Position numbers and translations under genes: made by a program. Of a stretch of 64,000 bases of DNA, positions 1-12,429 are shown piece after piece. The notes under the pieces were generated by a model. It made no database searches and was not told where the DNA came from. It saw only the letters and a program-made list of their open reading frames with translations. Source of the stretch: Octopus sinensis (Eukaryota); the NCBI RefSeq assembly GCF_006345805.1, contig NC_043006.1, forward strand, positions 15,810,001 to 15,874,000, read 5' to 3'. Position 1 is the first letter of the stretch; each line of letters starts with the position of its first letter.

Positions 1-769
1 AGGATGTAAGAGATAGGATAAAAAAAGACGTATGATTTTTTTAAATGTTGGTTTATATAGTAAAACAAATTCTTATAATCGCATATGTCTTACACTGTAA
101 GTTGCTTACTGAAATGCAAGAAGACTTACATATAATCTTGGTATTAACTTAACAAAGCGAACGATAAGAATAAATAAGAAGAAACGGTTATTTTGTCTGA
201 ACGGTGAATCCTTAAATTCACATCTTTGTACAATATATATCATTGTAGTTAATATATTTCAAGATGCCTCATGTAACACAGAACGGAATATATGTATTAT
301 GTAAGAATTAATAAGAATTAATCGTTTTAAAGCATGAAATATGCCCTCTTCCAAGTTCATTCATCTATAAATTATCTCACTCCTATATTCATATACATAT
401 TTGTGTGTGCGCGCGCATGCCTGTGTGCGTGTGTGTCTGTGTGTATGTTTAAATATAGTAAATATATACATGTTGATGCGTTGTCGGTCGATCGATATAT
501 GTTCATGCATTTATATATTTTATATAGAAGCATTTAGGAATATTTCTGCACACAATTCACTGATATTAAATTCAATGTGTACACGAAAACTGAGATAAAA
601 GGCGTGTAGAAGTATACTTTAGTGCTTGCCAAATAAGGTATGAACTGCATGATAACTATATGCTTATATCTGTATCTCAAACACACATATACATACTCGC
701 TCACACGCACACACATATCTCACCATCTCCGCATCTCTTTCTCTCTCTCTGTCTAGATATTTGCGCGTA

Positions 770-950
770 CTTATGTATGTATGTGTGTGTGTATGTGTGT
801 ATGTATGTGTGTATGTATGTGTGTATGTGTGTACGTGTGTATGTATGTGTGTATGTATGTGTGTGTGAGTGTGTGTGTGTGTATGTCTGTGTATGTGTGT
901 GTATGTGTATGTGTGTGTGTGTATGTGTATGTGTGTGTGTGTATGTATGT
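770..950. repeat. (GT)n/(GTAT)n compound microsatellite
   Basis: Directly visible simple repeat; explains the ORFs at 660-1011. Confidence 0.95.
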
Positions 951-1143
951 AGGTAGAGCAAATTATGAGTTAGAGGTTATGCAGCCATCTCAGGGATACA
1001 TGTATACTTAGACCTCGATTTGATAAACCGAAACAGCTGTAAATGGTTCCGAACTACAATTAAACAATGACTTTTTAATACCAATGATCAACTTCTTATT
1101 GTTAATTATTGCTCCATTTCTTTTCTCTTCTTTTATATATATA

Positions 1144-1534
1144 CTAGCAGTATCGCCCGGCGTTGCTCGGGTTTGTAAGGGAAATAACTATATAAGCATT
1201 TTTAGAGATGTAAAGTATAATAGCCATCTCAATATGGCTAACCACAAAGGGGGGTTACTGTAGCTTTTTACGTTCTGAGATTTAATAATAAATTTTTAGA
1301 GAGTTACTTCCCTTATATATGCCAAAAATGCATTAAAAATGGGAAAAATTGATGGTAATTTTTTTTAAATCGTAGACTCATCGTAGACGCGCGCTAATAC
1401 CCAGAAGGGCTCGATATGAATCCCGACTATAAGATACCCGGTTTTGGTTAAACTGCACCGCAAAATGTGGGAGTAGTTAGGAATCGAAATCGTAGGAGAC
1501 AGACAGCACACAACCTCTCTTTTATATATAACGA
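1144..1534 (-). mobile_element. Non-autonomous Helitron (~390 bp)
   Basis: Minus strand starts A|TCGTTATATATAAAAGAG and ends with a GC hairpin (CCCGAGCAACGCCGGG) followed by ...CTGCTAG|T. This is the canonical 5'-TC / 3'-CTAG inserted between A and T, with no TSD. Confidence 0.8.
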
Positions 1535-1562
1535 TATATATATATATATATATACATACATA

Positions 1563-1596
<34 letters not shown>

Positions 1597-2232
1597 ATAA
1601 ATACATACTTATAAAGCTATATGATTGACATACAAACTTGCCAAACTTACCTGTTTCTCCTTACACGATATATGATAAACAAGCCTGAACAGATTTTCGG
1701 CAGTCATTGGGATCTTCTCAGAGGTGTCTACATCACTTGATCAATCCTAGAGAAATATGTAGCCTATCTTTTTATATACCTATCATATCAATTAGTTCCA
1801 GCTTCCCGGGGTTTACTTATTTTAACATTATATTTCTTTTGACGTTATATCTAAAATCACAAGGTTCTCAACGAGATACCCAGTCCCTACAATATCAAGG
1901 TATGAAATACGGTATGGAAATGTACATCGTAGGAAACAGGAAAAATTTATCAATTTCTCAGTAGATTTCTTTTTTAAATAATGAACATCCTTAATTAATT
2001 TTCTGTCCGTAACGCATTCTTCACAGAAGTATCACCGTCACTTCAGAAAATCCATAGAAGCAAGTAGCCTATCCGTTTATATACAGATAAAATTATATAG
2101 CACCAGTGAATTGGAGATGATAATTTGCATTCTATACGTGTTTAACACATACGAGTAATGGAACAAAGGAATGGCAATTGCACTCCACACATTTAATTTG
2201 AGTTACATATATTTCATAACAAACTGACTTAG

Positions 2233-2296
2233 CCCCACATGACAGCTCCACAAATTTCGTGGGCGCTTAGGACACGTCCAACTCATCAGATGTCTG
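2233..2296 (-). ncRNA. Degenerate type I hammerhead ribozyme-like motif
   Basis: Minus strand: ACAT-CTGATGA-GTTGGACGT..GCGCCCAC-GAAA-TTTGTGGAGCT-GTC-ATGT. Core boxes intact, stem I ACAT/ATGT, stems II and III imperfect. Confidence 0.5.
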
Positions 2297-2522
2297 GAGG
2301 CAACATATATGTGTGTGTGTGTGTGTGTGTTTGACTGTGCGTGGCTGTATGTACGTATTTGTGCTTGGTGCATATACATGTGTAGTGTGTACGTAAATAT
2401 TTTGCGTATACATTTCGATATGTGACTGTATGATTTAGAGCTCCACGTAGATTGTCATTATCTGATTCAATTTCCAGTACATGCAGTGGACAAATCAAGC
2501 TAATCATCAATATTTTGTTCCT

Positions 2523-2860
2523 ACATGGCTCAGTGGTTAGAGCGTCGAGCTTACGATCGTGAGGTTGTGAGCTCGAATCCCGGACCGGGCTGCGTGTTGT
2601 GTTCTTGAGCAAGACACTTTATTTCACGTTGCTCCAGTTCACTCAGCTGTAGAAATGAGTTGCGACGTCACAGGTGCCAAGCTGTATCGACCTTTGTCTT
2701 TCCCTTGGATAACACTGGTGGCGTGGAGAGGGGAGTCCGGTATGCATGGGCGACTACTGGTCTTCCATAAAACAACCTTGCCCAGACTTGTGCCTCAGAG
2801 GGTAACTCTCTAGGTGCAAACCCATGGTCACTCATGACCGAAGGGGGTCTTTACCCCTTT
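2523..2860 (+). mobile_element. tRNA-derived SINE, family C (CORE-like central domain), distinct tail
   Basis: A box TGGCTCAGTGG, B box-like GCTCGAATCC, then CTTGAGCAAGACACTTTATTTCAC shared with copies at 12031, 38672 and 54063. Confidence 0.85.
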
Positions 2861-3218
2861 ACATGTTTAATACTGTTGCAGATTCTTCACAAAACCGTTA
2901 CTCATAGTTTCATTTAACCGTTCGTCGGACAGTTATGATGAGTACTGAATTATATATGGGTTTCCTTCATGGTAGACTTAATAGTCAAGGATGGTCTTAA
3001 TCGCGTGGAGTGGTGGTCTCGGCACTGGAGTTAGTGAGAATTTATCTTCCCGCTAGCAATATAAATAGGCGTGCACTTTTTACCAAAAGCCTGTGTGTAA
3101 GTTTCTCTCATGGTATCTACCGCAGTAAAGTTTCTTCCAACAAAACGTCCACGTTTCAGCGGGAATAAATTTTAACCCTCCTCCTCTCTTTTTTCTTTTT
3201 TTCTTTCTTTCTTTCTTT

Positions 3219-3400
3219 ATACAAACTTGGCCAAAAGTCACCCAACAGTAAATAAAAATTCCATAGATACTATCTGTAATTCTGTATTGACTCGAATGGA
3301 AAAATGTGTCGATATGCTTTTATTAAATTCATTCACTTGTTAAATATAAATAAATCTTCTAATTAAATTGTTTTGATTTATTGTCAGGTGACTTTTATGC
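3219..3400. mobile_element. Small degenerate MITE (Tc1/mariner-like ends)
   Basis: Imperfect inverted repeats AAAAGTCACCCAACAGTAAAT ... ATTTATTGTCAGGTGACTTTT around an AT-rich core. Confidence 0.4.
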
Positions 3401-3423
3401 GTAAAATACACACACACAAACAC

Positions 3424-3467
<44 letters not shown>

Positions 3468-3485
3468 ATATATATCTATATATAT

Positions 3486-3530
<45 letters not shown>

Positions 3531-3577
3531 CCTAAATATCTGTATTCGAATACCAGGGGTAGAGTAATATCTTTTAA

Positions 3578-3624
<47 letters not shown>

Positions 3625-4269
3625 TTAAAAATTAAAATATATGTATGTATGTATGTATATATACGCACATACATACACACATAAGTATACGTGTATAATC
3701 TATATATGTGTGTGTGTGTGTGCGCGCACGTGCATGTGTGTGTTCATACGCTAGGAGTGTGGGCGCGTATGTATGCAACTATACATGATAAAATGAAAGA
3801 TAATAGATTTCGTGTATTCTTCATAGAAATCCTTTTGTTCATTTGGTATGTAACATAGTGTGTTGGAATCCGCATTGGCCGACGCAGTGCCACTGATAAA
3901 ACGTTTCTCTGAAAGTAGCATTTCAAAAAGCATTCAAAAATATCATCTCGTTTTATAAATATCACGTGTTTTTTCGAAAGCATCAAAATAATAATATCAA
4001 GGATACTTATTTCATAGAAATATACGAGCGTTTTACGCTGAAAAATATAATTGAAATTTGCTAAACATCTGTTTTTCAATTACTCGCCGTTTTAAATTCT
4101 GGGAAATACTATTATTAAATTCATTGTTAATGTTTTTGAGTGCTCGCTTGAATATGTCTCAACATGTATTTGGTAGACGTTCGTAATATTCTTGGTGTGC
4201 ATATTATGAATAAACAAATAATACTAATAATAATTATAATTGCCATATACAGTATCATCATAATTATTA

Positions 4270-4450
4270 TTAACCCGACAAGCAGAGAGAATTTTTTAGC
4301 CCGTTGGGAAAAGTGGTCAGTGACATTTCGTCCGTTTTGAGTTCAAATTTTACCGAGGTCGACTTTCCCCTTTTTTTATTCTTTCGAGGTCGATTAAATA
4401 AATACCGGTCAAGTATCGAGATGAATGTAATCGAATAACCCCCCCCCCCC
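4270..4450 (+). mobile_element. Diverged SINE, family D
   Basis: GAGTTCAAATT..CCGAGGTCGACTTT..TTTCGAGGTCGATTAAATAA.TACC matches better-preserved copies at 52235 and 59830. Confidence 0.7.
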
Positions 4451-4999
4451 AACCAACCAACCAACAAACTTTCAGTGGAAACCACAGAGTGAGAGAACAA
4501 GAAAGAAAAACCTGTGAGAAGAAATAAGATAGGAGAGAGGGCAAAGTTGTTAAGACAAAGATAAGAATAAAGAAAAGGAGAGTGGGCAGAGGGGAGAATT
4601 TAAGCTTGCTAGGAGAAGCTCTTTTTTGCATATAAGCTGGAGCCATTTACTCTATGTAGAGACGTGGAAATACCTGGGTTGGTGTCCAGGCGTGCGGTTG
4701 GCCCACTGGGAATTGGAGACCCCTCTGTTGTTGTTATAACATTCCTCTAGGAGAGGAAAACTGAGAGAAAACCTGTAACACTGACAATATTCAATGATGC
4801 AGAGTAGGTCTTCTTTTCGAGTTTATGTTGTCCACGTTTAGTGAGTGGGATTGGATTGGTGCAAATCCTTTCCCCCCATTATCAAAAATCATCATACATA
4901 GGCATAGCATGAAAAAAACGTAAGACCTATGGCAAAATTGGCTGGTCATGGCCTTCGCATGTGTGAGACTTTCGATTAGGCGATGGCAATACTACGTAT

Positions 5000-5004
5000 G
5001 CGTG

Positions 5005-5038
<34 letters not shown>

Positions 5039-5445
5039 TGTATGTATGTATGTATGTATGTATATATGTATGAATAAATGTATGTATGTATGTATGAATA
5101 AATGTATGTATGTATGTATGTATGTATGTATGTATGTATGTATGTATGTGTGTATGTATGTATGTATGTATGTATGTATGTATGTATGTATGTATGTATG
5201 AATAAATGTATGTATGTATGTATGAATAAATGTATGTATGTATGTATGTATGTATGTATGTATGTATGTATGTATGTATGTATGTATGTATGAATAAATG
5301 TATGTATGTATGTATGTATATATGTATGAATAAATGTATGTATGTATGTATGAATAAATGTATGTATGTATGTATGTATGTATGTATGTATGTATGTATG
5401 TATGAATAAATGTATGTATGTATGTATGAATAAATGTATGTATGT
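5000..5445. repeat. (TATG)n microsatellite with interspersed AATAAA variant units
   Basis: Directly visible; source of the MYVC/HTYI ORFs. Confidence 0.95.
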
Positions 5446-5446
5446 A

Positions 5447-5795
5447 AGGGCAGGCGTAGTTGTACAGAAAGAAGTTTGCCTCCTAGCCTCATGGCAGCCA
5501 AAGTCTTGTGATTTGATTAGCTAGATGGAAATACATGTGTGTGTGTGTGTATGTGTTTGTAGTGTACCTTTTTGCCCATGTCTCCCAACTTTACTTGGCA
5601 TGCGGTATCGCTGTGTTTCTGTCCCCGTATATTAGCGATTCGGCAATAGTATTCGATCGGACAGGTACCGGGCGTTAAAAAACAAATAAATCCTTTGTCA
5701 GTTCCTTTGACTAAAATTCTCCAAAGCGGTACCACAGCTTGGCTCCAATCGAGTGACTGAAAAACAGTAAAATATAATGCAGTAAAATAAAGAAT
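5447..5795 (+). mobile_element. Highly diverged SINE, family A
   Basis: Recognisable blocks (CCAAAGTCTTGTGA, TTAGCGATTCGGCAA, TGACTGAAAAACAGTAAAA) collinear with family A copies. Confidence 0.6.
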
Positions 5796-5799
5796 GAGA

Positions 5800-7025
5800 T
5801 GTCGGATTTTGAATTGAAAGTTTATTTTATCTCAACAAAATGCAATGCAGTTAATCAAAGTATGCACCTAAATTATCAATACAATTTTGCCATTTTATCG
5901 GTACCTTATTTATGCCCGCAGCGAAGAATTCAAGAATTCTGGAGAGCAAGAGGTGGCGAAATCACGAAATGTTTTTGTTTTTTTTTTCATTTTCAAATTT
6001 GAAGTGTTCTTCCTTGAAAACGTGCATGGTAAACGTGATAGTCAGTTGGTGCAAGATCTGGTGAATATGGTCGATGACAGAGTACTTTCAAGTACAGTTC
6101 CTGTAACTTGGGTAGCGTTTTTTGTGCAACATATGACCGAGCGTTGTCTTGCAAGAGAATTGACCTGTCTCTATTGACCAATCTCGGTTGTTTAATTGCA
6201 AGTTCACTCATCATTTCATACAGGTGGTTGATGTATACATCCGCTGTAATTGACTTACCAGGTCTCATGAAGCTGTAGTGAATGACGCCAGCGCTTGACC
6301 ACCCAACAGAATATTCATTTTGGGGTTGTGTCTTGGCGCTTCGTCTCTATCCAACCACTGTGCAGAACGCCTGCTGTTGTTGAAAAGAATCTATTTTTCA
6401 TCACACGTAACAATACGATGCAAAAAAGGGTTCGCTTTGATGCCGTGACAGCAAAGAACAGCAAGTTCTAAGACGACGTGTCATTCGATGCTCGTCCAGT
6501 CCGTGTTGTACCCACTTGTCCAGCTTCTTTACCATGCCGATTTGTTTCGTTTCAGATAATCCAATACAGTTAGAATCGAAACATCAAACCTTGCTGCTAA
6601 CTCACGCGTAGTTTGAGATGTATCCGCTTCCACCACAGTTTTCAGCTCATCATCATCATCCAACTTGGTCTCAAGTCTACCAAGGGGCTGATTTTCAAGA
6701 GTAAAGTCACCAGATCGGAATTTCTCAAACCATCGTCGTACATTTTCACCAAACATCTCATTGATGTTTCGAGCTATCTGGGATGCATTGGTTCCACGAC
6801 GGAACTCATATTCATAAACGATGCGGATTTTTTATCTATCCATGGCTTCACAAAAATAGTTTTACGAGAGAAAACTCACAATATAATCAGACACCATGAA
6901 TTGCATTTCGAAAAGTGATGATTTATCTATTCAATGTTGTAAAACAAAGAATTGTCAGGATAAAACATTAGACATATCGACTGTGATACTTGGTGAATGA
7001 GAAAATCATTCTTAATGACCTGATA
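5800..7025 (-). mobile_element. Decayed mariner transposon with fragmented transposase
   Basis: Minus-strand frames give VRRWFEKFRSGDFTLE (HTH region), LLQDNAR and PYSPDLAPTDY (mariner signature). The start region near 6843 reads MDR*KIRIVYEYEFRRGT. Many stops and frameshifts. Confidence 0.9.
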
Positions 7026-7037
7026 TATACATATATA

Positions 7038-7422
7038 TGGAAGCACTCCGTCGGTTACGACGACGAGGGTTCCGGTTGATCCGAATCAACGGAACAGCCT
7101 GCTCGTGAAACTAACGTGTAAGTGGCTGAGCACTCCACAGACACGTGTACCCTTAACGTAGTTCTCGGGGATATTCAGCGTGACACAGAGAGTGACAAGG
7201 CCGGCCCTTTGAAATACAGGTACAACAGAAACAGGAAGTAAGAGTGAGAGAAAGTTGTGGTGAAAGAGTACAGCAGGGATCACCACCATCCGCTGCCGGA
7301 GCCTGGTGGAGCTTTAGGTGTTTTCGCTCAACAAACACTCACAACGCCCGGTCTGGGAATCGAAACCGCGATCCTATGACCGCGAGTCCGCTGCCCTAAC
7401 CACTGGGCCATTGCGCCTCCAC
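7038..7422 (-). mobile_element. Full-length tRNA-derived SINE, family B with tail X
   Basis: Head GTGGAGGCGCAATGGCCCAGTGGTTAGGGCAGCGGACTCGCGG..GGTTTCGATTCCC; near-identical to 49876 and 58751. TSD TACATATATA on both sides. Confidence 0.92.
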
Positions 7423-7439
7423 TACATATATATAGCGTT

Positions 7440-7970
7440 GCTATTATGCTAAAGTGTCGTAAATACAAACGTTGCTTTTTCAGAAAACGAATAAATAGTT
7501 TCACCATTCCATTTCTTTTTACATTAGCAAGAGTTTCAGCTTAACAATAATACTTTGTTGGGTGAATAATATCGTAACTCCTTGCATGTATGATATTTTC
7601 AGTCAGAAATATCTTTGCAAAGCTGTGGTATGTGGGATTTACTACACTTTTGAAAAATGCTAAACCGTTGTACTACACTTTGACAATTTTCATTTGAAAC
7701 AGCTGGAGATGTGATAGTTTGAACAAAAGAACCGGCTGTTGTAAGCAAAATTAAATTTAGAAAAAAAAAACGGCATTTAGTCAAATTTGGACATACGACA
7801 GTTTAACATAATAGCAACGATATAGTTGTCAATTGTGAAACACAATTGTCGCTACATAAACCTGATGATTGCGTAACGCATGAAAGTATTAGTTTATTTC
7901 AATATTGTAAAATGAAAAGGTTTGCATTTCATTGATTAATTTATTGTTCTATACACAATCATACAATCTC
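7440..7970 (+). mobile_element. Probable Penelope-like element 3' remnant ending in a (TA)n array
   Basis: Weak LNKR-like C-terminal remnant, followed by an HHR motif, an AT-rich tail and (TA)n. Confidence 0.4.
7856..7897 (+). ncRNA. Minimal type I hammerhead ribozyme motif
   Basis: ATAAAC-CTGATGA-T-TGCG(TAA)CGCA-T-GAAA-GTA-TTA-GTTTAT. 6-bp stem I, intact core boxes, short stem II, vestigial stem III. Confidence 0.65.
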
Positions 7971-7972
7971 GG

Positions 7973-8251
<279 letters not shown>

Positions 8252-8546
8252 GTGGCGCAATGGCCCAGTCGTTAGGGCAGCGGACTCGCGGTCGTAGGAT
8301 CGCGGTTTCTATTCCCAGACCGGGCATTGTGAGTGTTTATTGAACGAAAACACCTAAAAGCTCCACGAGGCTCCGGCAAGGGGTGGTGATCCCTGCTGTA
8401 CTCTTTCGCCACTTTTTCTCTCACTCTTTCGTCGGTTGGCCTGCTCGCTTAGCCAGCGGGGTGGCGTCATTCGAAGGCTAAAGCAATGCGAACGCATTGT
8501 GACCAGCGATGTGTAGCAACATCTGATGGTCTGGTCGGTCACGTGA
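8252..8546 (+). mobile_element. SINE with family B head and an alternative tail (tail Z)
   Basis: Same head and body as 7038-7422 up to TCTCTCACTCTT, then an unrelated tail ending GGTCTGGTCGGTCACGTGA. Confidence 0.85.
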
Positions 8547-9216
8547 TATATACACGCACACACCTGTCTAAGATGCCTGCTATGAGACCGAACCTGAAAC
8601 CATGCAGCAGCGATGCGAACTTCTCAACCAGAAGTAAATTACAATGGTTCCCAATCCTGTACTTTGCTTCGCACAACACGCTATTATAAATATATAAAAA
8701 ACTATCTTGATACCCATAATAGAAATCAGACGTTAATTTTGTTGAGATATCTAAATTCTGTTTTTAAACTACAATTTAAAATATTCATAATATATACATA
8801 TAAATCGTTCGTATTTTTGAAAAACTGAATGTAATATCTTATTTATTTATTTATAAGAAATATAAGAATATTTTCTTTCTTAAAAATATGTATACGTTTA
8901 TATTGGAAGAGGTAATTGGAATTTGCAAACATCTGTTTCTCAATTACTATCAATTGTCAGCCATTTTACGTGATTTTTTTACGTAAGACATAACAATAAA
9001 ATGTATTTATACTAGAGTGTATACCCGTCATGAGATTGGTACTTTTGGTAGTATACTTTTTACACAAACACATACACACACACACATATATATATATATA
9101 GAAATTCAGGGTGAGTACTTGATAATTGTAAGCACCTGTATATACCGTTTGGTGGTGTAGGTGGTGGAGTAAATTAATCAAAATGAATCCTTGGCATCAT
9201 GTTTTTATTTTGATTA

Positions 9217-9287
<71 letters not shown>

Positions 9288-9314
9288 TACTTATTGACGA
9301 GTTTAGCTTTTTTC

Positions 9315-9400
9315 ACTTTCCTGAGGAGAAGATTGCATTGTTTATACCATTTATTCTTTTGAATAGTATCAGTGGAATTTTCGAAACATGTGTCGAAAGT
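9315..9400 (+). ncRNA. Type I hammerhead ribozyme with long stem II, in a ~320 bp insert between (TA)n arrays
   Basis: ACTTTC-CTGAGGA-[GAAGATTGCATTG...TATTC TTTT GAATA...CAGTGGAATTTTC]-GAAAC-ATGT-GTC-GAAAGT. Perfect 6-bp stem I, full core, GUC cleavage triplet at 9392-9394. Confidence 0.8.
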
Positions 9401-9780
9401 AAAAATATTTTATTACACCTGCGTTAAACTCCATTTATTTATTCATATATTATTCAAAATATTGAACGTAAACACGAAGTTTCTACCTTTATAAACAAGG
9501 AGTTACAACATCTTTACTTGTGAGATTTTTGCTACCCTGGTAACTATTTATTTATTTTTTCCGTGTTAATTGTTAACAAGGTAAAAATACACTCATCTAT
9601 TTATATATATATATATATAAGTCAAAATTAGTATTATAGATGTACTTCAGCCGATCTTACCAAACGGTTTCGCACTGGCTGATAACCGGATATTAGATAA
9701 GAACATGGTTACATAATACCACACACTCTTATCTAATATCCTATTACTTCATAGTCAGTTTGAAACTGATTGGTCATAGT

Positions 9781-9960
9781 GGGAAATTTCGGACCTGGGT
9801 TCTCATTCCTATGGTATTTCCCCAAGACACCTGAAGAAGGCTGGAGGTTTTATCAGCCGAAACGTTGTGTTAACAACAAACAAGATGAGGACAAATATCC
9901 GTCAATTGAAAATAATGTAAATAATGTACATAATTCCTCATCTCTTAAATATAGAACTGT
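9781..9960 (+). mobile_element. 3' part of the HHR-bearing SINE-like element (same family as 14315-14890)
   Basis: CCCAAGACACCTGAAGAAGGCTGG..CAGCCGAAACGTTGTGTTAACAACAAACAAGATGAGGACAAATATCCGTC..TAAATATAGAACTGT matches both arms at 14315-14890. Confidence 0.85.
9826..9871 (+). ncRNA. Minimal type I hammerhead ribozyme motif
   Basis: GACAC-CTGAAGA-A-GGCTG..CAGCC-GAAAC-GTT-GTGTT. The palindromic AACGTT stem III is typical of PLE-associated minimal HHRs. Confidence 0.75.
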
Positions 9961-10367
9961 TTAAATTCTCTTTCTTTATTCATTTATTGGCTAACTCCTT
10001 GAAAACATATTGTATTACTATCAAATTTGAGTAGCAAAAAAATATATTTTTGGTGTGTGTTAAGGCACTATATTTATTACACGAATAATTTCGTTATGAG
10101 TACTTCTAGAAGATTACTTTCTTAAATATAGCTTCAGATACTTTCTGATTCTTGAACACGTCATTTCAGGAATTTATATCTGCCAAGAAATTAATCTAAT
10201 TACCCTTAAGGGAAATTACTGACATTTCTTGCGATACCATCGCTACAAATTGTGTGTTTCAAAAATACAAGAATTATTCGTATAAAACATTCTTACAATT
10301 AGATCAATGTTATTGAATAAAGTACTATGTGTGTAGGTGTCACTTGCATTAATATTTTACTTGGTAA

Positions 10368-10535
10368 TAAGGCGGCGGGTGGGCGCAATTGTTTGGACAT
10401 CTGTTAAATATTTAGCGGCATTTTGTTCGTCTTAACGTTTTGTTTTGAATTTCGGGTTCTGTAAAATAAGTACCTTTAGTCGATGTAATCGACTTGCCCC
10501 TCCCCTAAAACTAATGTACCAAAATTTGAAACCAA
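10368..10535 (+). mobile_element. Diverged SINE, family D
   Basis: AAGGCGGCGGG..TTAGCGGCATTT..AAATAAGTACC..GTCGATGTAATCGACTT blocks. Confidence 0.6.
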
Positions 10536-12030
10536 CGTTTTACTTGGTAACATAGTTGTTGTAATTCAATGTTTGTATGTCTCTATCAATACACATACAT
10601 ACACACTCTACGAGTAAGTGAACATAATAAGGAAAGTAGCACTCAAAGCATCTGTTTGTAGTAACATACATTTAATATGAGTCTAACTGCTCTACATGAC
10701 TCAAGTTTTCGTGACGGTGTACGACGCTTCCACCTCGTTAGATATTTAGATTCCAAGCATCTGAAGGGAAGGACATGTTCGACAGGCCCACAAAACCTTT
10801 CTGTCATGTGGAGCTTAGTCAAACTCAGGTATGAACAAAAGAAGCGAAAGTTGGAGAAAAGTTGAGAATTCAAAGAGAAAAAATAGGTCAGAGAAATTTT
10901 TTTTTCAATTATAGAAAAACTAATTACAATTTGAAACAGTGGTAACATAATTAAGAATAAAGGAATAAGTGATAAATTAAAAAGGAAAATCTGTGAAAAG
11001 GTTATATAAAAATTACAGAACACTGGTGAAAAATCCGGATATGTTGGAAGGAATTTACCGAGTACGGTGGCGAACTGATAAATGAAGATTAGGTGAGGTA
11101 CGTGGAAAAGCAAGAGGAAAGTGATAGGCGTGTGCACATATGTACGAATATGAAGCGTTTATTACGTCAGAAAAGAAAAACGAACAGAAACGAAATTTAA
11201 AAAAAATATGCGACTGGTAGAAAGTTCAGTAGTATGATGAAGTTATAAATTCCACATGGAGAAGAATTGGCTAAAATCCTTTTGCCTCAACTTCCACTTA
11301 ACTATACTTGTATACTTCCGAACTGAGAGTTGTTTACAAACATGGGATTGTCGTCCTATATTAAACTCCGACGTTCATAGATCCTCGTATTTAAACCTGC
11401 TTAATTTGCCTTCTGCCATGCAAGCGATAGCAGCCAAATTCTCACACAATGGTAAAAAGGAAACTATTTATTCGAAGAACCATATTAATTAAATAAATGT
11501 CTGTAAAATAATTCGTTTATTTAATCATTTTACGCTGTATATTTTAAAGATTACATTCAATAATTTTTACACTTTTAATGTTCGTGTGTTCCACATTCTG
11601 ATACTTTAATATGATCCGAGTTAAAATCAGTTCATCACTCATTTGCATTAATATATAAACTCTCAAAGGTAAGGAGTTATCAGACATTGTTGCAATCACA
11701 AATTGACTAATACACACAAACGCGTATACACAGCCACACAATCACACACATAAACAGATGCACACTGTTACTAGAATGTTGGCAGACTGGAAATTTACAG
11801 AAGGATTGCCATTAGCCCATGTGTGTGTGTGTTAATACATAATTCACGGCTGAGAATCAGATATTCTTCTATAGAATACACTGGCAGTGGTCAAAAGATT
11901 TAAACTCGAGCGGGCAGAGTAGTAAATATAGAGATAAGCAAGTTAGACAGGTCAATATATGAAGTAAATTAAATACATGGATATATACATACACACATAT
12001 GTATATATATATTTTAAAATATTAAGGATC

Positions 12031-12350
12031 ACTCCGTCGGTTACGACGACGAGGGTCCCAGCTGATACGATCAACGGAACAGCCTGCTCGTGAAATTAAC
12101 GTGCAAGTGACTGAGCAATCCACAGACACGTATACCCCTAACGTAGTTCTCAGGGAGATTCAGCGTGACACAAAGTGTGACAAGGCTGGCCCTTGGAAAT
12201 ATAGGTACTACTCATTTTTGCCAGCTGAGTGGACTGGAGCAATGTGAAATAAAGTGTCTTGCTCAAGGCCACAACGCGTCGCCGGGAATCGAAATCACGA
12301 CCTTACAATCGTGAGCCGAATGCCATAACCACTAAGCCACGCACCTTCAC
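12031..12350 (-). mobile_element. SINE, family C head with tail X
   Basis: Reverse complement closely matches 54063-54385. Imperfect TSD ATTT(T/A)AAAATAT(T/C)AA. Confidence 0.9.
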
Positions 12351-12429
12351 ATTTAAAAATATCAATGCATACGTATATATACAGATATATTTAAATGTGT
12401 GTGTGTGTGTGTGTTTTGGTAACTAAAGC

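Noticed and set aside
4660-4800. Possible RTE 5' UTR-like motif CTAGGAGAGGAAAACT
   Set aside because: Short similarity only, with no downstream ORF remnant.
10643-11492. ORFs of 164 aa (-) and 78 aa (+)
   Set aside because: No recognisable motifs; possibly very old LINE debris, but unsupported.
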